From NCBI GenBank assembly GCA_963833505.1, contig CAWHYG010000008.1, positions 151,886-215,885 of the forward strand: a stretch of 64,000 nucleotides of DNA, given 5' to 3'. This DNA is from Candidatus Eiseniibacteriota bacterium. GTDB taxonomy: Bacteria; Eisenbacteria; RBG-16-71-46; CAIMUX01. The translations under genes and the position numbers were made by a program. Positions 26,045 to 33,680 of this stretch are shown piece by piece; within the stretch, counting starts at the first letter, position 1; every line of letters starts with the position of its first letter. The notes under the pieces were generated by a model, which saw nothing but the letters and a program-made list of their open reading frames with translations, was not told where the DNA came from and made no database searches.

Positions 26045-29000
26045 CCCGCTTCTTCGAGCTTCTCCGGATCCAGCGGCGGGCGATCTTCCTCGCGGCCGCG
26101 CTCCTGACCGGAGTCGGCGTGGCGCTCGGGATCCGTCTGCCGGCGGCGATCTTGCCCGAAGTGACCTTCCCGCGGATCAAGGTGATCGCGGACAGCGGCG
26201 AGCTGCCCGGAGAGGAAATGCTTCGCTCGGTCACGCGCCCGCTCGAGGAATCGATCCACCGCGTTTCCGGCGTGGTCGAGATGCGCTCGACGACGAGCCG
26301 CGGATCCTCGGAGATCGACCTCGACTGCCGGTGGGGATCGGACATGAACCTCGCGCTCCAGCGCGTGCAGGCGCAGATCGACGCGGTGCGCCACGAGCTT
26401 CCGCCCGAGACCACGGTCGAGGCCCGGCTCATGAGCCCGGCGCTCTTCCCGGTGCTCGGGATCTCGCTGGCGTCGAAGACCCGGAGCCTGGCCGAGCTGC
26501 GCGATCTGGCCGACCTGGCCCTCAAGCCGGAGCTGGCTCGTCTGCCCGGCGTCGCCGAGGTCGTGATCCAGGGCGGCCGAAAGCTGGAAGCGCGCGTCAC
26601 GCTGGATCCCGCGGCGCTCCAGGCCCGAGGTCTCACCGCCGCCGGGGTGGCCGACGTCGTCCGGCGTTCGAACGAGATCCGCTCCGCCGGTCTGCTCGAC
26701 CTCAATCACGAGCTCTACCTCGGGCTGGTGGATGCCAGACCGCCCGACCTTACTGCCCTGGCCGCGATCCCTGTTCCCGTCGCCGGGTCCGCGGTCGTTC
26801 CGCTGGGGGATCTCGGCCGGATCTCGCTGGAAGAGGCGCCCGAGTTCACCCGATACGCCGCCCAGTCGCGCGAGGCGGTCCTGATCAATCTGCTTCGCCA
26901 GCCCTCGGCCAGCACGATCGGGCTGGCTCGGGCGACGCGGAGATGGTTCGCCGACCATCGCGGCGTCGTGCCGCCGGACGTCAGCGTCCAGACCTTCTAC
27001 GATCAGTCCGATCTCGTGCGCTCCTCGGTCGGCAGCGTGCGCGACAGCCTGCTGGTGGGGGCGATCCTCTCGATCATCGTGATCACGATCTTTCTCGGGA
27101 GCATTCCGCTCGGTCTGGCGGGCGCCATCGTCCTGCCCGGCGCCATCGGACTCACGCTTCTCGGCCTGACCTTGACCGGCCAGACCCTCAACATGATGAC
27201 GCTCGGGGGAATCGCGGCCGCCGTCGGACTCGTTCTCGATGACGCCATCGTCGTGGTCGAACACCTGGCCCATCGGGCGGAGAGCCGCCGAGAGGTGGGC
27301 CGGCGATCGGCCGCGATGGGCGAGATCTTCCCTTCCCTGGTCGGGTCGAGCCTCTGCACGATCGCCATCTTTGGACCTTTCACGATGCTCGGAGGCGTCA
27401 CCGGCGCCTTCTTCCGCGTGCTGGCGCTGTCCATGGTCTTCATGCTGAGCGCGTCCCTGCTGCTCTGCGTCACGGTTCTGCCGATCCTGAGCCGGGTCCG
27501 GGCTCGCCCGAGCCGCCCGCCGAACGCCCCCGCGCGCTGGCTCGCCCGCGTTCTCCGGACCGTCACGGCGCGTCCCTGGGTGGCCGTCCTGCCCACGCTC
27601 GTCCTGATCGGCTCGATCGTTCCTCTCCGGTCCACCATGGGAACCGGCTTTCTTCCCGACATGGACGAGGGATCGTTGATTCTCGACTACGTGCTGCCGC
27701 CGGGAACCTCTCTTCCCGAAAGCGAGGCGCTTCTCAAGCGCGTGGAGAAGGAGATCGACACCACGCCCTCGGTCGCCGCCTGGTCCCGGCGGACCGGCGA
27801 TCAGCTCGGGTTCTTCATCACCGAGCCGAACATCGGGGACTACGTGCTGCGCCTGAAGCCGGGCCGGCGCCCGTCTTCCGACGAGATCGCGGACGATCTC
27901 CGCGGCCGGATCGAGAGTTCACTCCCGGCGATCGAGATCGAGTTCGGCCAGCTCGTCGAGGACGTCATCGGCGACCTGACGACGAATCCGGAGCCGATCG
28001 AGGTCCGGGTCTTCGGCGAGGACAAGCGCCTCGATGAAGACAAGGCCGAGCAGGCGGCCGAGATCATCGGCAGGGTGCGCGGCGTCGTGGACGTGAAAAG
28101 CGGCGTCGTCGTGAGCGGGCCGAACGTGGAGATCATGCCGGATGCGACGGCGGCCCGCCTCGGGCTCTCGTCCGAGGATCTCGCCGACGCCGTCGCGCCG
28201 GCGGTGATCGGGCTCGAGGCCGGTTTGATCCCGCGGGGCGCCCGCGTCTGGCCCGTGCGCGTCGTGCTGCCCGGACCGGCCGCCACAGGAGAGACGAAGG
28301 AGCTGGCCGGCCTTCCGGTGCCGGCGGCACCCCAACGCTGGATGAAGCTCGGAGATCTGGCCGCGCTCAAGGTGGATCCGGGCGAGACGGAGATCGACCG
28401 GGACAATCAAAGGACCATGGTCTCCGTGACGGGCCGGCTTTCGGGCCGCGATCTGGGCTCCGCCGTGGCCGAAATCCAGCAGGAGCTGCGGCGGAAGCTC
28501 GCCCTGCCCACCGAGATGAGCCTCCAGTACGCCGGACTCTGGGCCGAGCAGCAGTCCTCCTTCCGGGGCTTGAGCTCGGTCCTTCTCGGCGCCTTCGCCT
28601 CCGTGCTCCTGATCCTTCTGGTATCCTTCCGGTCCTGGAGGCAGACCGGCGCCGTTCTCCTGGTCGTGACCGCTTCCTTGACCGGAGTCTTCGTGGCGCT
28701 GCACCTCGCGAGGTCGACCTTCAACATCTCGAGTTTCGTGGGGGCGATCATGATGGTCGGGATCGTCTCGGAGAACGCCTACTTCCTGGTGGCCGCGCAC
28801 CGCAGCGCCCTCGCTTCCGGGGCCACCGCTCCGGAAGCGGCCGCGGCGGCGGCTCGCCGGCGGACCCGCCCCATCCTCATGACCACCGCGGCCGGCATCG
28901 CCGCGCTGTCGCCGCTGGCGCTCGGTCTGGGCGCGGGGAGCGCCATCCTCCGCCCGCTCGCCGTCGCGGTGGTGGGAGGGTTCCTGACTTCGGCTCCGTT

Positions 29001-29052
29001 TCTCCTGCTCGCGCTGCCGGCTCTCCTGGCTCGCGCGGGCGGGATCGAATGA
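26041..29052 (+). CDS. Efflux RND transporter permease (AcrB/CzcA superfamily)
   Basis: GTG 26041 overlaps the MFP stop (GTGA). The product is about 1000 aa with the 12-TM pattern and the conserved GIAAAVGLVLDDAIVVVEH. Confidence 0.9.
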   Translation: MTRFFELLRIQRRAIFLAAALLTGVGVALGIRLPAAILPEVTFPRIKVIADSGELPGEEMLRSVTRPLEESIHRVSGVVEMRSTTSRGSSEIDLDCRWGSDMNLALQRVQAQIDAVRHELPPETTVEARLMSPALFPVLGISLASKTRSLAELRDLADLALKPELARLPGVAEVVIQGGRKLEARVTLDPAALQARGLTAAGVADVVRRSNEIRSAGLLDLNHELYLGLVDARPPDLTALAAIPVPVAGSAVVPLGDLGRISLEEAPEFTRYAAQSREAVLINLLRQPSASTIGLARATRRWFADHRGVVPPDVSVQTFYDQSDLVRSSVGSVRDSLLVGAILSIIVITIFLGSIPLGLAGAIVLPGAIGLTLLGLTLTGQTLNMMTLGGIAAAVGLVLDDAIVVVEHLAHRAESRREVGRRSAAMGEIFPSLVGSSLCTIAIFGPFTMLGGVTGAFFRVLALSMVFMLSASLLLCVTVLPILSRVRARPSRPPNAPARWLARVLRTVTARPWVAVLPTLVLIGSIVPLRSTMGTGFLPDMDEGSLILDYVLPPGTSLPESEALLKRVEKEIDTTPSVAAWSRRTGDQLGFFITEPNIGDYVLRLKPGRRPSSDEIADDLRGRIESSLPAIEIEFGQLVEDVIGDLTTNPEPIEVRVFGEDKRLDEDKAEQAAEIIGRVRGVVDVKSGVVVSGPNVEIMPDATAARLGLSSEDLADAVAPAVIGLEAGLIPRGARVWPVRVVLPGPAATGETKELAGLPVPAAPQRWMKLGDLAALKVDPGETEIDRDNQRTMVSVTGRLSGRDLGSAVAEIQQELRRKLALPTEMSLQYAGLWAEQQSSFRGLSSVLLGAFASVLLILLVSFRSWRQTGAVLLVVTASLTGVFVALHLARSTFNISSFVGAIMMVGIVSENAYFLVAAHRSALASGATAPEAAAAAARRRTRPILMTTAAGIAALSPLALGLGAGSAILRPLAVAVVGGFLTSAPFLLLALPALLARAGGIE

Positions 29053-29108
29053 GAAAGGACGCGTTTGCCCAGCGTTGAAGGCGGGGATCCGAATCCTCCG
29101 GTGAGCCC

Positions 29109-29780
29109 ATGCGGATCCTGGTGATCGAGGACAGCCCTCCGACCCGGGACCTTCTTCGAGCGTCGCTCGATGAGACCGGGCACACGGCGATCTTCGCCTC
29201 CCGCGCTTCGAGCGCGCGGAAGGTCCTGGAGAAGGAATCGTTCGACGTGCTCGTGATCGACATCATGCTCCCGGACGGAAACGGGCTGGACCTCTGCCGG
29301 GAGATCCGCGCGCGCGGCACGACGACCCCGATCCTGTTCCTGAGCGCGCGGGGAGAGGTGAGCGATCGGATCCGAGGGCTCGACGCCGGGGGCGACGACT
29401 ATCTGCGCAAGCCGTTCGCCCTGGGAGAGCTGCACGCCCGCCTGCGGGCGCTGGCCCGCCGCCGCGGCCTGTCCCCGCCGGCTCTTCTCGAACAGGGGCC
29501 GACCCGCATCAACTTCAGCGCGCGGCGCCTCACGCGCGACGGCCAGGACATTCCGCTCACGGGGCGCGAATGGGATGTTCTCCGTCTGCTCGCCTCGCGA
29601 CCGGGCCGTCTGGTTTCCCGCGAAGACCTCCTCGAGACCGTGTGGCACGACACCGGACCCGCCGCGTCGGAGAGCCTCGATGTCATCGTGAGCCGGTTGC
29701 GGCGGAAGCTCGGCGGCGAGCCCGGGCCCTGGATTCGCACGATCCGTGGGGAAGGCTATTCCCTCGAGGTGCCACGATGA
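29109..29780 (+). CDS. OmpR-family response regulator
   Basis: Track ORF. The REC domain has MRILVIEDS...DVLVIDIMLPDG, and the winged helix ends TIRGEGYSL. Confidence 0.9.
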   Translation: MRILVIEDSPPTRDLLRASLDETGHTAIFASRASSARKVLEKESFDVLVIDIMLPDGNGLDLCREIRARGTTTPILFLSARGEVSDRIRGLDAGGDDYLRKPFALGELHARLRALARRRGLSPPALLEQGPTRINFSARRLTRDGQDIPLTGREWDVLRLLASRPGRLVSREDLLETVWHDTGPAASESLDVIVSRLRRKLGGEPGPWIRTIRGEGYSLEVPR

Positions 29781-29886
29781 GTCCAAAGTCGCCGGGGCTC
29801 CGTCCGGGACCGCGACGGATCCTTTCGGTTGCCGCCCTCAGGCATCGCCGGCCCGAGGGCGATCCCGCCTCGAGGGAGACCGGCGG

Positions 29887-31260
29887 ATGACGCCGAGATC
29901 CCTCGCATCCCGTCTGACGCTTCTCCAACAGGTGACCGGAGTGGCCGTCATCGCCGTCTTCGCCGCCTCGGCCCTTCTTTTCACCGGAAGGGCGATCAAA
30001 CGCGAGCAGGGGGAGTTCCTTCAGGCGACCGCGCGCCATCTCGCGGGCAACATCGACCTGGAATACCGGGAAGATCCGAATGTCGCGCGCGCCGCCGCCG
30101 CCGCGATGGACGAGGAGTCCGCGGTTGACGTCCGCATCGACGTCCTTGACGCGTCCGGCGAGACTCTCGTCTCCTCGCAGCGCGCACCCGCTCCCGGCCG
30201 GCCGTCCCAGCCGGGCGCCGCCGGGGGATCGCCGCCGGGGCCCTCCTCCCCGGAAATCCAGAAGGCGACGGCACGTGCCGGGTGCGGTGCCGTCGTGGTG
30301 GTCTCGACCTCGAATCGGCTCCGATCGGCCGGAATCACGGCTCTCGGTCGCGTCCTCCTCTTCACCGCCGTTCCGCTCCTGCTCATCTCCCTGTTCTGGA
30401 ACCGCCGCCTGGTGCGCCGCGCGCTGTCTCCTCTGGCGGAAATGGAACGTCGCGCGCGCGAAGCCTCGGCGGAAGAAGGCCTTCGCTCCCTGGGCCGGAT
30501 GTCGGGACTCGCCGAGATTGACGCGCTCAAGGAGTCGTTCGACCGACTGCTGGTCCGTCTGGATGATCTGCTCCAAATCGAGCGGCGGTTCACCTCCGAT
30601 GCCTCTCACGAGCTCAGAACTCCGATCACGGTGCTCTTGGGCGAACTCGAGTTGGTTCTGGGGAGCTCTGATCTCCCCGCCGATTCCCGCGCGGGTCTGG
30701 AACGGGCCTTCGAGCAAGCCGGTGCGATGCGCGACCTCGTCGACGCCCTGTTGTTGTTTCGACGCACCGGCCCCGGCGGGATCGGCTCGGCGGCCGGCCT
30801 TGAACCGGTCAACCTGGCCGATCTGGCGCGAGACCTGGGGCGGGAATTCCAGGCGCAGGAGCCCGCGAGATCCGCCGATCTCAGGGTCGCGGCTCCCGAC
30901 GAGGTTCTGGTGCCCGGGCAGCCGGCGCTCCTCGCCTCCGCCCTGCGGAATCTGCTCGGCAACGCGCTCAAGTTCTCCCGACCGGGCCAGCCCGTCCACG
31001 TTTCGGTCGGCTGCGCCGACTTCGCCTTCGTCATCGTCGAAGACGGGGGCCCCGGTATTCCGGAGGACGAGCGGGAGCACATCTTCGATCCCTTCTTCCG
31101 CGGGAAGGAGGCGCGGGCCTCGCACAGCGGATCGGGGCTGGGCCTGCCTCTGCTGCGCCGGGTCGCCCGCGCGCACGGAGGCGAGGTCACGGTCGAAGAC
31201 TCGGCCCTGGGCGGGGCGCGTTTCCTGCTGCGGCTGCCGCTTTGGCCGCCGGCGGCTTGA
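29887..31260 (+). CDS. Sensor histidine kinase (HisKA/HATPase_c), partner of the OmpR-type regulator
   Basis: Track ORF 29746..31260 trimmed to ATG 29887 (MTPRSLASRLTLLQQVTGVAVIAVFAASALLF is TM1). The H-box is FTSDASHELRTP, the N box is LLGNALKFS, and the G boxes are DGGPGIP and GSGLGL. Confidence 0.9.
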   Translation: MTPRSLASRLTLLQQVTGVAVIAVFAASALLFTGRAIKREQGEFLQATARHLAGNIDLEYREDPNVARAAAAAMDEESAVDVRIDVLDASGETLVSSQRAPAPGRPSQPGAAGGSPPGPSSPEIQKATARAGCGAVVVVSTSNRLRSAGITALGRVLLFTAVPLLLISLFWNRRLVRRALSPLAEMERRAREASAEEGLRSLGRMSGLAEIDALKESFDRLLVRLDDLLQIERRFTSDASHELRTPITVLLGELELVLGSSDLPADSRAGLERAFEQAGAMRDLVDALLLFRRTGPGGIGSAAGLEPVNLADLARDLGREFQAQEPARSADLRVAAPDEVLVPGQPALLASALRNLLGNALKFSRPGQPVHVSVGCADFAFVIVEDGGPGIPEDEREHIFDPFFRGKEARASHSGSGLGLPLLRRVARAHGGEVTVEDSALGGARFLLRLPLWPPAA

Positions 31261-31412
31261 CCGGACCATCGAACTCCCCGAGGCGCGAACCGTCCGGCGC
31301 CTTGGACGCCGGCGGCCGGATCGAGTGCCCACCGATTGCCGCAGGATGTCGCAGGACCACGCCGTGCCCCGAACGACGCCGTTCGGCGTGATCCGGCGCC
31401 AATCGATTTGCT

Positions 31413-31432
31413 TGACGCGTCATCTATTGACG
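31413..31432. promoter_or_regulatory. Candidate MarR operator/promoter: palindrome TGACGCGTCA plus a nearby TTGACG half-site
   Basis: A perfect 10-bp palindrome at 31413-31422 and TTGACG at 31427-31432 lie 16-35 nt upstream of the marR-type start at 31448. Confidence 0.3.
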
Positions 31433-31447
31433 TGAGGAGCCTGAACC

Positions 31448-31933
31448 ATGAGAACGAGCACCCTGCAGGATGAGATCAAGCAGCGCCGGCCGTTTCGGTC
31501 GGAACGCCACGAGGCGGCCGTGGCCCTGGCGCGGACGGCCGACGTCGTCCGCCGCCATTTCGCCGGAGTCCTGGCGCCGCACGACCTGACTCCCCAGCAG
31601 TTCAACGTCCTCAGGATTCTGCGGGGCGCGGGCGCCGAAGGGCTCCCGACGATGGAGATCGGGCGGCGGATGCTGGAGCGGACGCCCGGCACCACCCGGC
31701 TCATCGACCGGCTCATCGCCAAGCGATGGGTGGTTCGCGAGGCTTCGGAGGGCGACCGGCGGCGAGTGGTCTGCAAGATCACGCCGAAGGGATTGGGCGC
31801 CCTGGCGCGCGCGGACGGACCGATTGCCGACGCCAACGAGCATGCGCTGGCCGTGCTCGGCCGGGATGAGGTGCGGAAGCTGATCGAGCTGTTGCACGCC
31901 ATTCGGGCCGGACTTCTCCCCGAGCCGGAGTGA
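31448..31933 (+). CDS. MarR family transcriptional regulator
   Basis: Track ORF. LTPQQFNVLRILRGAG...PTMEIGRRMLERTPGTTRLIDRLIAKRWV...DRRRV is a winged HTH of MarR type. Confidence 0.9.
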   Translation: MRTSTLQDEIKQRRPFRSERHEAAVALARTADVVRRHFAGVLAPHDLTPQQFNVLRILRGAGAEGLPTMEIGRRMLERTPGTTRLIDRLIAKRWVVREASEGDRRRVVCKITPKGLGALARADGPIADANEHALAVLGRDEVRKLIELLHAIRAGLLPEPE

Positions 31934-31971
31934 ATAACCAAAGGGCCGTCAGGCCCGGAAAGGTGGCGATC

Positions 31972-32508
31972 ATGAGTACCCTCACCCACGCACGATCCGA
32001 CCCGGACCACTCCGCCGCGTCCGACGCGACGGCTTCCTTCGGTCGAGAGGCGCTTGGCGCCCTGGTCCGGACCTCCACCCGAAGCGCTCCCTTGGTGGCC
32101 CGGCTGGCCTTGGGCGTGGTCATGTTCCCGCACGGCGCCCAGAAGATGCTCGGTTGGTTCGGCGGCTATGGATTTCACGGCACCATGGGGGCCTTTACCG
32201 GCGGGATGCACATTCCGGCGCCGCTCGCCTTCCTGGCGATCTGCGCGGAGTTCTTCGGCTCCCTGGCCCTGATCCTCGGAGTCCTCGTGAGACCGGCGGC
32301 GGCGGCCATCGCGGTCAACATGATCGTGGCCGTGTTCCTCGTGCATCTGCCGAACGGACTCTTCATGAACTGGAGCGGACAGCAGCACGGCGAAGGTTTT
32401 GAGTATCACATCCTCGCCGTGGCTCTGGCGGCGGTCATCGTGATTCTGGGGGCCGGCCGGCTTTCGCTCGATCGACTGATCCAGGGCCGGCTGGAGCGCC
32501 GCTTCTAG
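31972..32508 (+). CDS. DoxX family membrane protein
   Basis: Track ORF 31930..32508. ATG 31972 has AAGGTGG upstream, and GTG 31930 is an alternative start. RLALGVVMFPHGAQKMLGWFGGYGF...FGSLALILG is typical of DoxX. Confidence 0.85.
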   Translation: MSTLTHARSDPDHSAASDATASFGREALGALVRTSTRSAPLVARLALGVVMFPHGAQKMLGWFGGYGFHGTMGAFTGGMHIPAPLAFLAICAEFFGSLALILGVLVRPAAAAIAVNMIVAVFLVHLPNGLFMNWSGQQHGEGFEYHILAVALAAVIVILGAGRLSLDRLIQGRLERRF

Positions 32509-32792
32509 CCGACTGAGGCCGGAGATCTCATCCGGCGGGGCGTTCTGCCGGATCAGGAGCGCCGATTCCACGCGCCATGACGCAAGTCTTGGCGCGACCC
32601 GTTGGCGGTTTCAATCGACTGTGATAGCCTGATCGGTCGCTTCGCCTCCGCGCTCGGAGGCAGCGTGGCCGGCGGGAACGGCGCGGGCCGGGAGACGAGC
32701 GATCGTGAACCGCCGCGCCGGATCCGGCCGTGCCGCCGCGAGGCGCCGGCGATCAAACCAAATCCATGAACCATCCAATCAGGGAGCACATC

Positions 32793-33341
32793 ATGCGACG
32801 TTTTCCGTTATATCTGGCAGGAGTGATCCTGGCATGCTCGGTGACCCATCTGCAGGCCAGGGCGGCTTACGGCACCCAGGCGATGGGCCAGGCGGGCACC
32901 GACCTGACCTCGACCCTGCAAGGATACGAGACCGAGATCAACCAGGCGCTCAAGAACAAGGACATCAGCGCCTTCAACGCCCATGTCGATCCGAACGCCC
33001 TGTCCGTGGACGAAACAGGATTCACCCCGACCTCCCAGTTCGCGACCATGATCAAGGACCTGGAGTGCTCGAGCTTTACCATCGAGAACTATCAGGTTCA
33101 CATGATCGACAAGGACGCCGCCGTCGCGACCTACGTCTGGAGGGGCACCGTCACCTTCAAGGGGCAGGCCGGGCCCCCAGTGACCTACTGCTGCACGGTC
33201 TGGGCCAGGCAGGGGAAGGACTGGAAGGCGATCTACCATCAGGAGTCCGCGGCCGCGGGCGGCATGAGCGGCATGGGCGGAATGAACGGCATGAAGGGAA
33301 TGGAGGGCATGGACGGCATGAAGCCCTCCGGCTCCCATTAG
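32793..33341 (+). CDS. Secreted NTF2-like (DUF4440/SnoaL-like) protein with Met/Gly-rich C-terminal tail
   Basis: ATG 32793 has AGGGAG upstream. It has a signal peptide, an NTF2-like core (…VATYVWRGTVTFKG…CCTVWARQGKDWKAIYHQES) and the tail GGMSGMGGMNGMKGMEGMDGMKPSGSH. Confidence 0.7.
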   Translation: MRRFPLYLAGVILACSVTHLQARAAYGTQAMGQAGTDLTSTLQGYETEINQALKNKDISAFNAHVDPNALSVDETGFTPTSQFATMIKDLECSSFTIENYQVHMIDKDAAVATYVWRGTVTFKGQAGPPVTYCCTVWARQGKDWKAIYHQESAAAGGMSGMGGMNGMKGMEGMDGMKPSGSH

Positions 33342-33368
33342 CAGCGACGCTGCCGGATGCCATCCGGA

Positions 33369-33390
33369 GGGGCGCCTGAACGGGCGCCCC
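33369..33390 (+). terminator. Stable GC hairpin downstream of the NTF2-like gene (weak U-tract)
   Basis: An 8-bp stem GGGGCGCC (33369-33376) / GGCGCCCC (33383-33390) with a 6-nt loop is followed by GATTCCTTCC. Confidence 0.35.
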
Positions 33391-33680
33391 GATTCCTTCC
33401 CGCCGCACGCTCCGCTTCTTCGCGCTCCGGGGCGCACGCCGCGGCGCGTGCTGGCCACTCCGATCGTGCCCCGGCCGTAGCGCGTTCCCGCCAACCCAGC
33501 CGTGCGCCGGCTACTACGTTCCCGCCAACCTGATCGCGCGTCGGCTACGCCGCGTTCCCGCCTCGATCTCCCGTCCCGCGCCGCGGCCTCCAGCTTGCGC
33601 ATCGGAATCCCCCGGTCTAGTCTGAAGGGCGGGGAACGTTCCCGCGCATCTGCGCGAATCCGCACAAGGAGGCACACCCC

